A DNA stretch of 50,379 bases from a virus (Duplodnaviria; Caudoviricetes). Below, piece after piece: positions 1 through 8,647 of this stretch. Below the pieces are notes generated by a model. That model did not search any database and was not told where the DNA came from. It worked only from the letters and a program-made list of their open reading frames with translations. The position numbers and the translations under genes are program-made. The number at the start of each line of letters is the position of its first letter. The first letter of the stretch is position 1. Location of the stretch: positions 1-50,379 of the IMG/VR virus record IMGVR_UViG_3300035049_000200; one strand, 5' to 3'.

Positions 1-105
1 GGGATGGTTTTATTGAACCAACTTTAGCCGAGATAGCTTTGTGGTGTGATGAATCTTGGGCAGATGAAAGTATGCTTGGGGATGACTGTAGTTTGATTAT
101 TCCTA
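1..105. repeat. Direct repeat copy 1 (copy 2 at 48371-48475), 103/105 identical
   Basis: Read directly; mismatches at repeat positions 9 (T vs C) and 14 (T vs A); the copies diverge after ...GATTATTCCTA. Confidence 0.95.
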
Positions 106-221
106 CTTTAGAGGGAGCGATGAAATGCAGTAAGGGTGATTGGATAATTAAAGGTATTAATGGAGAATTTTATCCTTGTAAACCAGATATTTTCAAAAAA
201 ACATACGAGGAAGTTAAATAA
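1..221 (+). CDS. 3' part of a conserved small phage protein (TLEG...[21 protein letters not shown] family, PGDYG-like); its 5' end is at 48313
   Basis: Motif in ORF 39..221; the frame is open to the window start and matches ORF 48313 through the repeat. Confidence 0.75.
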   Translation, partial: DGFIEPTLAEIALWCDESWADESMLGDDCSLIIPTLEGAMKCSKGDWIIKGINGEFYPCKPDIFKKTYEEVK

Positions 222-234
222 TAAATTGCTTAGG

Positions 235-429
235 ATGGATATTATAAGTTTCATTTTTGGGGGGATTTGGGGGGCGGGACTTTGTTTGTGGATAATTTTA
301 TCAATTTTTAGCGAGAAATTAGTTGATTCAAAAGGTAAAACAATATGCTTATGCAAACCCTTAAAGGACTCCTCGATAAAAAAAGGAGAGACAAAAACAG
401 TGAATCTAAAGATGGAAAAAGAAGACTAA
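235..429 (+). CDS. Small membrane protein
   Basis: MDIISFIFGGIWGAGLCLWIILSIF hydrophobic N-terminus; likely true start inside ORF 160..429. Confidence 0.5.
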   Translation: MDIISFIFGGIWGAGLCLWIILSIFSEKLVDSKGKTICLCKPLKDSSIKKGETKTVNLKMEKED

Positions 430-647
430 AACATCAATTTCAAGACATCGCTTTAGATTTAGCTCAAAGGTTTAAAGTTAATCCTCAACAAAAGAAGATT
501 CTATTTAGTTTTATAAAAAACAAACTAGAAAAAGGGCAGTGGTGGAAGGTCAAAGAGGTCTCAGAGTATATGGAACTAAAGGACATTAAGTCTCTCAATT
601 ATTTTATGGCAGCGTTTAGAAAAAAAGAAAATGATAAAGATAAATAA
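345..647 (+). CDS. Hypothetical protein, C-terminus weakly DnaD-like
   Basis: KSLNYF motif loosely resembles the DnaD YxxxI helix; overlaps the next gene. Confidence 0.5.
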   Translation: MLMQTLKGLLDKKRRDKNSESKDGKRRLKHQFQDIALDLAQRFKVNPQQKKILFSFIKNKLEKGQWWKVKEVSEYMELKDIKSLNYFMAAFRKKENDKDK

Positions 648-903
648 AGACAAGACAAGAAAAATGGTTTGTGATATAATTGAATTATGGAACACTGGTG
701 TTTATCATAAAAAAATTCACGCCAGAAACAAACTTCAAATGGCTAAATCTTTTTTAAAGCCAAAGACTTATAATTATTTAGCTGACAGAATGGGAGAGGC
801 TAGAGTCCCAGACCCAGATGGGAGGTCTTTCACAGAACAATCAGAAGAAAGAGATATTTTAAAAGATGCCCAAGGTTTATTTGGGGGTAAAATAATAGAC
901 TAA
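631..903 (+). CDS. Hypothetical protein
   Basis: ORF tightly packed with its neighbours. Confidence 0.65.
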   Translation: MIKINKDKTRKMVCDIIELWNTGVYHKKIHARNKLQMAKSFLKPKTYNYLADRMGEARVPDPDGRSFTEQSEERDILKDAQGLFGGKIID

Positions 904-904
904 T

Positions 905-1489
905 ATGAAAATATTAAACCTTTATGCAGGTATCGGTGGGAATAGAAAACTATGGGGAGATAAACACGAAATAACAGCAGTCGAACACGACCCCAAGATA
1001 GCCAAAATTTACCAAGACTTTTTTCCAAGCGACAAAGTTGTTGTTGGTGATGCCCATCAGTATTTGTTAGAACATTTTAAAGAGTTCGATTTTATTTGGA
1101 GTAGTCCTCCTTGTCCGAGCCATTCAAGGATAAGATTTTGTTCTGGAGTAGGAAGTGGGCAAAATGAACCTATTTACCCTGAAATGAGTTTATACCAAGA
1201 AATTATTTTTTTAGATAATTACTATAAAGGTATATATTGTGTTGAGAACGTGATACCTTTTTATAAACCATTAATTAAACCACAGAAAGTTGCTAGTCAT
1301 TTTTATTGGGCTAATTTTGAAATACCTGATATAAAAGTTGAGAAAAGATGCCATTTAGGAACAATAGCTGAACTTCAAAAAAGGAAAGGGTTTGATTTAT
1401 CTAATTATAAAGGCATAGACAAAAGAAAACTATTAAGAAATTGTGTAGAACCAGAAGTAGGATTACATATTATTAACCAAATAAAATGA
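905..1489 (+). CDS. DNA (cytosine-5) methyltransferase, short phage type
   Basis: Motif I LNLYAGIGG, catalytic SPPC, motif VI ENV. Confidence 0.9.
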   Translation: MKILNLYAGIGGNRKLWGDKHEITAVEHDPKIAKIYQDFFPSDKVVVGDAHQYLLEHFKEFDFIWSSPPCPSHSRIRFCSGVGSGQNEPIYPEMSLYQEIIFLDNYYKGIYCVENVIPFYKPLIKPQKVASHFYWANFEIPDIKVEKRCHLGTIAELQKRKGFDLSNYKGIDKRKLLRNCVEPEVGLHIINQIK

Positions 1490-1809
1490 AAGAAACTGAG
1501 GTTCAAAAGAAAATATTAAATAAACTGAGAGAGAACAAAGTCTTCTGTTGGAGAGTTAATAATATGGGTGTGCCAGACCCTAGAATTAAAGGAGGTTGGA
1601 GAAAACAAACTGGGTATAATATGCCAGGAATGTCAGACATTCTTGGTATTTTTAATAAGAAATTTTTAGCTATTGAAGTGAAAGCCCCTGGAAGAATTAA
1701 AAATGTTTCAGAAACCCAAGAAGACTTTATTAAGAAGGTCAAGAAAAACGGAGGAGTGGCTTTTGTGGCGGATAGTTGGGAAGTGGTTAAGAAGAAATTA
1801 AAATTATGA
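1486..1809 (+). CDS. VRR-NUC / Holliday junction resolvase-like nuclease
   Basis: ETEVQKKI...PGMSDI...AIEVK...SETQEDF PD-(D/E)XK pattern. Confidence 0.88.
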   Translation: MKETEVQKKILNKLRENKVFCWRVNNMGVPDPRIKGGWRKQTGYNMPGMSDILGIFNKKFLAIEVKAPGRIKNVSETQEDFIKKVKKNGGVAFVADSWEVVKKKLKL

Positions 1810-1973
1810 AAAATAAAAGACCAATAGAATATAGATTTAGAACTAGGTTTTTCTCTGAAAATTTGAGGGAAGAAAATGTAGTTATATTCGTACCAAGTGT
1901 TGAGCTTATTGATGATGATGATGATTTCCCTAGTGAATCCATTAAATACATAACAAGAAGGAAAGATGAATAA
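1806..1973 (+). CDS. Hypothetical 55-aa protein (not in ORF track)
   Basis: ATGA overlap with the upstream stop; MKNKRPIEYRFRTRFF...DDDDD...RRKDE; overlaps the next start. Confidence 0.6.
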   Translation: MKNKRPIEYRFRTRFFSENLREENVVIFVPSVELIDDDDDFPSESIKYITRRKDE

Positions 1974-2361
1974 TATACCGCCAAAATTAAGAAATGAGTT
2001 ATCAAAAAAGCCTTTTTATAACAAATGTGAAAGAGGTCGATTAGGGTTCACAAGCGAATGTGAGGGAAGAATCACCTGGGAACATGCTATTTATTATGCT
2101 GGGAAGCAAGTTCAAGAGGAGTGGGCAATAATCCCTCTTTGTGAATACCATCATTCTGTTGGAAAATGGCAAAACAATGGAGGAATTAATAAAAGATTAA
2201 ATGAGTGGATAGCTTTAAGTAGATTATTTGATTTAGAAGAAGGGGAATTTAATAAGATGCAGAAAAAATACCCTAAAGCAATCATGGAATGGAGAAGAAA
2301 GTTAATATTTTTAAAGAAAGTTTATGGGAAATACAAGCAAGCTCCTGAAGAAAGATGTTAG
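1966..2361 (+). CDS. HNH-like (Ref-like) nuclease
   Basis: C..C, WEHA, IIPLCEYHH motifs. Confidence 0.7.
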   Translation: MNNIPPKLRNELSKKPFYNKCERGRLGFTSECEGRITWEHAIYYAGKQVQEEWAIIPLCEYHHSVGKWQNNGGINKRLNEWIALSRLFDLEEGEFNKMQKKYPKAIMEWRRKLIFLKKVYGKYKQAPEERC

Positions 2362-2941
2362 AAAAGCTTACTTTAGTGGCAATTTGAACAAATTTTTGGC
2401 GAAACTCCAAGAAGAGGAGGTAAATCCAGAGGATTTAGAGAAAATAGATAAATATTTAACAGAATTTAAAGAGGAGGAGTTAGCCATCCTGAATGACTTC
2501 AAGGAATATTTGCCCAAAAACAATGAAAACAAAGCCCCAACTGTTGATGAACTATTTCAACAACTTACCCCAGAAAAAGAAGCAAAAATGGAGGAATGGC
2601 TGAAAAATATGGATGAGATGATGGAAAATTGTATTAAGTTAGTTAGAGAACAGAGAGCTAGAATTTCAGAAGGGAAATCTATTGATTCTAAGAAATTTTT
2701 AGATTTAGGTTTATTTTTAATTACTAATAAGCTTTGGTTAGATGATGTTTTAGTTTATAGAGAGCTTTTATATAAGAAAAAAATTATTAAAATAATTGAT
2801 GAATACCATATTAGTCGGAGAGAGGCTCAAGATAGGGCGGAGATTACTAGAGAATATTTTGAATATAAAAGCACTAAGAAAAAATTAGATAATTTAGAGG
2901 AAATTTCAATATACGCTAAGAAATATCAGGGAGGATTTTAG
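2324..2941 (+). CDS. Hypothetical helical protein
   Basis: 205-aa ORF with charged helical composition. Confidence 0.7.
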   Translation: MGNTSKLLKKDVRKAYFSGNLNKFLAKLQEEEVNPEDLEKIDKYLTEFKEEELAILNDFKEYLPKNNENKAPTVDELFQQLTPEKEAKMEEWLKNMDEMMENCIKLVREQRARISEGKSIDSKKFLDLGLFLITNKLWLDDVLVYRELLYKKKIIKIIDEYHISRREAQDRAEITREYFEYKSTKKKLDNLEEISIYAKKYQGGF

Positions 2942-2975
2942 TTCCTTGAAATTAACGTTTATAAAAGGAGGGAGT

Positions 2976-3134
2976 ATGGAATGCCCTTATTGCAACAAAA
3001 AGGGAAACCATATCGTAATTACGAGCTTCTACAATCTTATTAAATTACGGTGTGCGGTGTGTGGTAAAGAATTTTTTATCGAGAGGAGGGATAATGAAAA
3101 AAAGTTGCCAAAAATGCCCAGTCCACGGCATTAA
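2976..3134 (+). CDS. Small zinc-ribbon protein
   Basis: CPYC...CAVC; strong SD AAAGGAGGG before the ATG at 2976. Confidence 0.7.
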   Translation: MECPYCNKKGNHIVITSFYNLIKLRCAVCGKEFFIERRDNEKKLPKMPSPRH

Positions 3135-3240
3135 GATTTATTTAAATTACCGGATGTATTACCTGTGTCCTATCTGTGGCAAGGAATACAAATTAAATTA
3201 CAATACTGGCAAACTTGAGGAGGTGTTTAAGCCTCGGTAG
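3094..3240 (+). CDS. Small zinc-ribbon protein
   Basis: CPVH...CPIC; SD GAGGAGGG before the ATG at 3094. Confidence 0.7.
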   Translation: MKKSCQKCPVHGIKIYLNYRMYYLCPICGKEYKLNYNTGKLEEVFKPR

Positions 3241-3248
3241 GAGGGCTT

Positions 3249-3482
3249 ATGAGGATTAAGAAATTCGGGCTTTGCCCAAAATGTCTTGAGATGAAAAACC
3301 TAACTTTTCATCATATTTTTCCTCTTAGGTTCTTTAAGAATAAAAGGAATGGTGCGATTTTAATGCTTTGTAGGGATTGTCATACAGAACTTGAGTTTTT
3401 AATTCCTCAAAAACCTCGTTTGTCCAAAGAAGAATACATTAAAATTTGTATAAATTTTCTAAAGGAGGGAAAAAATGACTAA
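3249..3482 (+). CDS. HNH endonuclease (small)
   Basis: CPKC, TFHHIFP, LCRDCH; SD AGGAGGG. Confidence 0.8.
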   Translation: MRIKKFGLCPKCLEMKNLTFHHIFPLRFFKNKRNGAILMLCRDCHTELEFLIPQKPRLSKEEYIKICINFLKEGKND

Positions 3483-3663
3483 AAAGAGAGATTGGCATCG
3501 TCTTAACCCGAGTGTTGAAGATTGTGATATTGAACTGGATTACAACACTTTCACAGTTCGGGCTAGAATAAAAGGCAAGAGTTGGGAATATAGGAAGTCT
3601 GTTAATGTCAGGCACGCCTTATCTATCGGCGAAAATATTTGCTGGGAACAAAGTAAACGTTGA
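3475..3663 (+). CDS. Hypothetical protein
   Basis: SD AAAGGAGGG; overlaps the upstream stop. Confidence 0.7.
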   Translation: MTKKRDWHRLNPSVEDCDIELDYNTFTVRARIKGKSWEYRKSVNVRHALSIGENICWEQSKR

Positions 3664-3665
3664 TT

Positions 3666-3703
3666 AAAAAAAGGGAGATTGTATTACAATCTCCCTTAAA
3701 AAA
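3666..3703. terminator. 13-bp perfect inverted repeat, terminator-like (U-tract on the minus strand)
   Basis: AAGGGAGATTGTA-T-TACAATCTCCCTT flanked by A runs. Confidence 0.7.
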
Positions 3704-3724
3704 AATAATTATTAATTTTAAATT

Positions 3725-4636
3725 ATGAAACTTTATTTAATAGCCCATAATAACGAGAATTTAGTTAAAGAGGGGGATAAAGTTAAGAGGTATGAAACAG
3801 CGGTCGCTACTATTGGGACTGCCAACGGTCAGTATAAAGCACATTGCCATTTTTCTATTTCAGTTGGGTTGTCCGAAACAGAATTAAGAAACTATGTTAA
3901 TGGGTGGAAAAAAGATGAAGTCAAGAAACACTATCTTGACCCTGTTGCTGAGGTTAATCTTAATATGATGTTTGATTATCAAATGGACTTTGGCGGTTTG
4001 GGTTATGATTATCTCCAACCTTATGTGAATTCTGAGGGTGAGGTTGTTGGTTATCATCCAGCAATAGATTGTAATGGAATTAAAGGTGGTGACACTGATT
4101 TAGGATATAGAATAAAATCTCCAGTAGATGGTGTGGTCGTTAGAGTTACTGATTGGGGCAAGGGATGGGGCAAGGTTGTCCTTATAAAAGAAGATGAAGA
4201 CACTATGAGTCCAGAAAACCAGGCTTTTTATAATAACAAGTTGAGTAACCACGGCTGGGAAGATTTAGAAGACTGGGTTGAGGGAGCTAGAGAATATAAG
4301 GAAGAAAGAGACGAAGCCAGGGAGAAGAAAGATAAATGTAAAAACGAGTTGGATAAAATTGAAGAGAAAACCAAAAAAGAAATGGCTTTGGTTTGTGGAG
4401 AGAAGATTGATTTATTGACTAACGCTTGGGAGAGAAGATTAAAAATTGATTCAACTAATTTAAAAGAAAAACATAAAAAAGAGATTAATAAACTTAAAGA
4501 TGAACACCAAAAAACAATCGACAATTTAGTCAAAAAACATAATGATTATATTAAAAACCGTAAGCCTATGAAAACAATTCCTTTAACTTGGGGTGAAATT
4601 TTAAGAGCGATTTTTAATAAAATAAAATATAATTAA
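3725..4636 (+). CDS. M23/LytM-family peptidase (probable endolysin), circularly permuted, with C-terminal coiled coil
   Basis: AH..VKEGDKV..G..HCHF..YLDP (aa 7-73) precedes HPAID..SPVDGVV..GWGKVVLI (aa 111-154). Confidence 0.85.
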   Translation: MKLYLIAHNNENLVKEGDKVKRYETAVATIGTANGQYKAHCHFSISVGLSETELRNYVNGWKKDEVKKHYLDPVAEVNLNMMFDYQMDFGGLGYDYLQPYVNSEGEVVGYHPAIDCNGIKGGDTDLGYRIKSPVDGVVVRVTDWGKGWGKVVLIKEDEDTMSPENQAFYNNKLSNHGWEDLEDWVEGAREYKEERDEAREKKDKCKNELDKIEEKTKKEMALVCGEKIDLLTNAWERRLKIDSTNLKEKHKKEINKLKDEHQKTIDNLVKKHNDYIKNRKPMKTIPLTWGEILRAIFNKIKYN

Positions 4637-4836
4637 TGTTAAGAGAGATTAACGAGAGTAGTTATAAAAAAACTATTAGACTTTTAGAAAAAGAAAAAAG
4701 AGAAATAACTAGACTTATGTCGAATCAACCTTTAGATTTAAAATATAGATTAGGTGATTTAAATTACTGTATTGCCTTTGTTAATCTAGCTTTTAAGGAA
4801 TCGCAAAGATTAAAAACTCAGCATAAACTGTTCTAA
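4636..4836 (+). CDS. Hypothetical protein
   Basis: TAATG coupling to the upstream gene. Confidence 0.6.
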   Translation: MLREINESSYKKTIRLLEKEKREITRLMSNQPLDLKYRLGDLNYCIAFVNLAFKESQRLKTQHKLF

Positions 4837-4840
4837 ACTC

Positions 4841-4869
4841 TTGACAATAATTTAGCAATAGTGTATGCT
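4841..4869 (+). promoter_or_regulatory. Sigma70-type promoter
   Basis: TTGACA-17-TATGCT, intergenic. Confidence 0.75.
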
Positions 4870-4901
4870 CATTGTAAGGTCGTAACAAGTAAAGTAAAAC
4901 G

Positions 4902-5108
4902 ATGACATATTTTCTTTCAGCTTTATCTATTTTTGTTTTATGGGGGGTTGGTAATAAATGGAAATGGATTTGGGCGGTGGGGATTTTCAGTCAATTTGTT
5001 TGGTTTGTTTTTATCTATCAAACTAAACTCTATGGATTGATACCTATGCACATTGTTTATCTTGGCTTGTATATTATTAACTTAGTTAAATGGATAAAAA
5101 AAGGTTAG
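4902..5108 (+). CDS. Small PnuC-like membrane protein
   Basis: About 3 hydrophobic segments; W..G...Q..W......LYG pattern and terminal W-basic tail. Confidence 0.6.
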   Translation: MTYFLSALSIFVLWGVGNKWKWIWAVGIFSQFVWFVFIYQTKLYGLIPMHIVYLGLYIINLVKWIKKG

Positions 5109-5167
5109 TTCAAAAAAAAGAGGTAAAAGGTTTGTCAGGAACAATTAAATTTAAAGGAGGCAAGGCA

Positions 5168-5899
5168 ATGAGAACTCGTGAGGAAATTAAAAATTGGTCT
5201 AGCGAACTTGAGATGGAAACTAAACTTGGTGTTAAGAAGGCTTATGAAATTCTTGACCCCGAGGAACTCCCCCTCAATGTCAAAAAAATGATTTTTGACG
5301 ATTTTTACCCTGTGGCGATGTCTGCTTTCAACCAGAATAAGTCTGTTCAGTTTGAAGCGGATGTTTTTAAACATCTTTTTGATGTTGATGGTCTTATCCT
5401 TGTTTTCAATGATGATGTCGGTTATTCCGAAGATGAAAATGTCGTTGAAAGAGGGATTGCCTTCAGAACCTACACTAGCTTTGATACTCCATTTGGCGGA
5501 GCTATGTATATTGAGGGAACTGCCGTTGACCCCAATTATCAAGGCTATGGTTTTTATCAGGCTTTTACTAAAAATACTGTGAACGGGTTTACTTTTATCA
5601 CTTCAAGGACTCAAAACCCTGTTGTGGTAACTGCCCTTAACAGAATTTTCGGTAAAGTTGCCCCGATTGTCTGCGACCCTGTTTTCAGGGAAAGAGCGAT
5701 TGAAGTTGGTAAAATCCTTGCTGATAAATTGGGAATGGATAATTATAACGAGCGGTTGATGGTTTCCAAAGGTTTTTATGGGAAAGCCCTTAATGGACTG
5801 AAACCTCGGATTAGCAACGAAATCCAGGGGAAAATGTCTAAACTCGTAAATGCCGATAACGGCGATTGTTTAATTGCGGTTTGTGAAAACAACCTGTAA
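5168..5899 (+). CDS. GNAT-fold acyltransferase
   Basis: YIEGTAVDPNYQGYG acetyl-CoA-binding motif A; SD AAAGGAGG before the ATG at 5168. Confidence 0.72.
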   Translation: MRTREEIKNWSSELEMETKLGVKKAYEILDPEELPLNVKKMIFDDFYPVAMSAFNQNKSVQFEADVFKHLFDVDGLILVFNDDVGYSEDENVVERGIAFRTYTSFDTPFGGAMYIEGTAVDPNYQGYGFYQAFTKNTVNGFTFITSRTQNPVVVTALNRIFGKVAPIVCDPVFRERAIEVGKILADKLGMDNYNERLMVSKGFYGKALNGLKPRISNEIQGKMSKLVNADNGDCLIAVCENNL

Positions 5900-5904
5900 A
5901 AAGG

Positions 5905-5942
5905 AGGGGGATTAAAAATAATATTTAATCCCCCTTTATTCT
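5905..5942 (+). terminator. Intrinsic terminator-like hairpin
   Basis: AGGGGGATTAAA / TTTAATCCCCCT followed by TTATTCT. Confidence 0.7.
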
Positions 5943-5968
5943 AAAAGTATATTTTTAAATAAAAAACG

Positions 5969-6460
5969 ATGAAGAAAAAAAATGATATACCTTTTACTGA
6001 GAAGGCTTATATGACAACTAGGCTTGATTATGGTTATACTCAAGAAAAAATAGTTGAAATGTTAAAAGAAATCGGTATTCAAGAAGTTAGGATAGTTCAA
6101 GAGGGGAATGACTATGTCTTAGATTTTATGGCTAAAATGAGAAAGAATGAAGCTCCTAGAATGGTTAGGATTAATATACCTTATACACCAGAACTAACTG
6201 AAACGCTTAAACAAAAACAACATAAGAAAAATGTTTTATTTAGAGTTTTGTTTTATCACTTGAAAGATAAGTTTGTTGCCATTAACAGAGGGTTAAAAGA
6301 ATTTGAAGAAGAATTTTTGGCGGATTTAGTAGTCCAAGAGGGAGGTCAGCTTAAAAGATTGGGAGATATTATTGTGCCAAAATATAAAAAGATGTTGAAA
6401 GACGGTGATGTTGCCGTATTTAAAATTAACGGGAAAAAAGATGAAGGGAATAATAATTAG
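5969..6460 (+). CDS. Conserved phage protein of unknown function
   Basis: R.LFYHLK.K..AI..G...FEEEFLAD pattern recognised from phage hypotheticals. Confidence 0.75.
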   Translation: MKKKNDIPFTEKAYMTTRLDYGYTQEKIVEMLKEIGIQEVRIVQEGNDYVLDFMAKMRKNEAPRMVRINIPYTPELTETLKQKQHKKNVLFRVLFYHLKDKFVAINRGLKEFEEEFLADLVVQEGGQLKRLGDIIVPKYKKMLKDGDVAVFKINGKKDEGNNN

Positions 6461-6926
6461 AAACGAGGAGGGGAATGAAGTTAAAATTGAGTTTAGGGAA
6501 GGTTATTTGTGTTTTGAAGACAATAATGAGGTCAGTGAAGTCAAAAAAACAGTTGAAAAACCAAAGACAATAAGCCTTAAAGGGCTTGATAAATGGAAAA
6601 ATAATAAATTTTTTAAACATATTAGCAAGAGAGCCAGAAATAATCCTAAAAAAGTTTTTAAACATAAAACTGCGAGAAAGACTTATTACAAAACAGGCGA
6701 AGAAATAATGGCAAAACAAATTGAGGCTTTAGAAGAAAAGAGAAACTCAATTTATACTATTAGTGATAACGGAATGTTTAGGTATGTTAGAAATAGAGAA
6801 ACGGGGGGGAATGTCAAAAGAAAATATAATTTTAAAAAGAAACCCGCCAAAGAGCCAGAAGTTGAGGTAGTTGATGATTATGAAGCAAACGGATTAGTTA
6901 AACTTAACCAAAACTTGAATGAGTGA
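6441..6926 (+). CDS. Basic hypothetical protein
   Basis: ORF 6405..6926; likely start MKGIII at 6441. Confidence 0.65.
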   Translation: MKGIIIRNEEGNEVKIEFREGYLCFEDNNEVSEVKKTVEKPKTISLKGLDKWKNNKFFKHISKRARNNPKKVFKHKTARKTYYKTGEEIMAKQIEALEEKRNSIYTISDNGMFRYVRNRETGGNVKRKYNFKKKPAKEPEVEVVDDYEANGLVKLNQNLNE

Positions 6927-6957
6927 TAGAATAAATTATAATTATTAAAGTAAGAAA

Positions 6958-7026
6958 ATGTGGGAATTTCTTTTCGTTTCGGGTGGATTTTTATTGTTTT
7001 GTGCTATAATGATAACAGTAGATTAA
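6958..7026 (+). CDS. 22-aa hydrophobic micropeptide
   Basis: MWEFLFVSGGFLLFCAIMITVD after an A-rich leader; fills the intergenic gap. Confidence 0.4.
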   Translation: MWEFLFVSGGFLLFCAIMITVD

Positions 7027-7047
7027 ATTTAAAAATTAAAAAAAATT

Positions 7048-7332
7048 ATGCCAGATAGAACTTATTGGGATTTAACCAAATTAGAAAAAGTTGAATTGAA
7101 CAGTGATTATTTTAGATGTCCTCGTTGTCAGTTTGACAAATTTGAGTATAAGTCTAACCCAGATTTTTTTTCAGGAGCTAGTGATAAAAAATATAGGCAA
7201 GTTTGCAAAGGTTGTGGGGAGGTTATTTTAAGTGATGATAGGTATATGTTGCAAAGAAGCCGATACATTTTATATAGTGAGTATTTAAAAACTCAAAAAA
7301 AAGGCGATGAAACTAAAGAAGAAAAAAGATAA
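7048..7332 (+). CDS. Zinc-ribbon protein
   Basis: CPRC...CKGC. Confidence 0.7.
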   Translation: MPDRTYWDLTKLEKVELNSDYFRCPRCQFDKFEYKSNPDFFSGASDKKYRQVCKGCGEVILSDDRYMLQRSRYILYSEYLKTQKKGDETKEEKR

Positions 7333-7603
7333 GTATTACCCAATTTGGTTTGAAAGTGATAATGGAGAATTTGCGATTGGGATTTTGAATTATTTATTTG
7401 AATTAAAATGTCTTCAAGTTTTACACAAAGATGATGACAGATTTTTTGTTTTCAAAGAATACAAAGGTTATAATAATGATGAGCTTGGAAAACTATTAAA
7501 AGAATTGACTAAAGTTTTTGAGAAAATACCTAACGATTTAAAAGGGGAAAATTGGAAATTTATTGATGACAAATTGCCAAAGATTGATAGGAAGTATTTG
7601 TGA
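7307..7603 (+). CDS. Hypothetical protein
   Basis: ORF overlapping the upstream gene. Confidence 0.65.
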   Translation: MKLKKKKDKYYPIWFESDNGEFAIGILNYLFELKCLQVLHKDDDRFFVFKEYKGYNNDELGKLLKELTKVFEKIPNDLKGENWKFIDDKLPKIDRKYL

Positions 7604-7641
7604 TAGATAAGCTATTTTTTAGACTATTTTATAATAAAGAC

Positions 7642-7670
7642 TTGACAACAAACAGACAATATGCTAACCT
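7642..7670 (+). promoter_or_regulatory. Sigma70-type promoter (extended -10)
   Basis: TTGACA-17-TAACCT with TG; inverted repeat AACCTTG/CAAGGTT overlaps the -10. Confidence 0.7.
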
Positions 7671-7712
7671 TGGAAATATCAAGGTTTTTTGTTTTATAAT
7701 TAAATTAAAGTA

Positions 7713-7847
7713 ATGGAAGAAAAACCAGAAACTATAACTGTTTGCGAACTTGAATGTATTGTTTTGCCAAATGGCGAAATTTTATGTAAAGGTAAAACGA
7801 TTGGTTATTTTGAAGAGTATAAAGAATATCTAAAAATTAAAGAATAA
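7713..7847 (+). CDS. 44-aa hypothetical protein
   Basis: MEEKPETITVCELECIVLPNGEILCKGKTIGYF...; first ORF after the promoter. Confidence 0.65.
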   Translation: MEEKPETITVCELECIVLPNGEILCKGKTIGYFEEYKEYLKIKE

Positions 7848-7849
7848 CA

Positions 7850-8011
7850 ATGAAGATTAAAGATTTAAAAAAGATTTTAGAACAAGGAAATGATGAGGCT
7901 GAAGTTTATATACCAGGATATGACGGAAGCCAAAGAGATTTAGATATTGGTTATAATTATGATGATTTAGGGGATTTAGATTTGTATATTATAATCGGAG
8001 AAGATAGATAA
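7850..8011 (+). CDS. 53-aa acidic hypothetical protein
   Basis: MKIKDLKKILEQGNDEAEVYI..., a common phage small-protein start. Confidence 0.7.
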   Translation: MKIKDLKKILEQGNDEAEVYIPGYDGSQRDLDIGYNYDDLGDLDLYIIIGEDR

Positions 8012-8028
8012 TTATTAAAATAAAAACG

Positions 8029-8637
8029 ATGAAGACTTACAAAGAAACAATTGAAAAGCCGATGTTAGAAATTGGTTATGACTTAATGGGAGATAACCCT
8101 AGAAATTGGGATAATTTAGGTTGGTTTATAACTTGTGAGAGTGATTATATTAGTCCCGATGAATACCCAGAATTGAGGGATTGGATTAAGAAGACTGGCG
8201 ATGAAGCTAGTGATGTTAAAGAACATATTGAAAAAATTAAGGAGTTTTTTAATGAAACTGATGAGGAAGTTTTGGCAATTTACCCAATTACTAGATTTGA
8301 ACACGGGGTGGTTAAGTATTTTTTAGGAACAAGCAACGGTTTTGATTATTCTAATTGTGGTTTTTATATTATCACAAGTGATACTATCAAGGCTTATGGG
8401 CTTAGTAAAAAAGAATTAAAGGGTAATACTGAAAAAATAATTGAGGGTGAGCTTAAAATGTATAACCATTATGTTAATGGTGAAGTTTATTTTTTCAAGT
8501 TATATGATGAGAATGGTGAAGTTATTGAGAGTGGTGGTGATATTTTTGGAGATTTAGATGATGTTTTTGAGGAGATTAAGGGTTATTTAGGCAAAGAATG
8601 GGAGAATGAAGATATGAATGATTATTTTAATAATTAA
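8029..8637 (+). CDS. Acidic early-region phage protein, function unknown
   Basis: NPRNWDNLG...EHG...ELKMYNHYVNGEVY pattern. Confidence 0.8.
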   Translation: MKTYKETIEKPMLEIGYDLMGDNPRNWDNLGWFITCESDYISPDEYPELRDWIKKTGDEASDVKEHIEKIKEFFNETDEEVLAIYPITRFEHGVVKYFLGTSNGFDYSNCGFYIITSDTIKAYGLSKKELKGNTEKIIEGELKMYNHYVNGEVYFFKLYDENGEVIESGGDIFGDLDDVFEEIKGYLGKEWENEDMNDYFNN

Positions 8638-8647
8638 AAATTATAGA

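Noticed and set aside
1-105. Repeat pair as a DGR template/variable region
   Set aside because: No reverse transcriptase; only two mismatches, one of which (T vs C) involves no sense-strand adenine; the location fits circular overlap or strain variation
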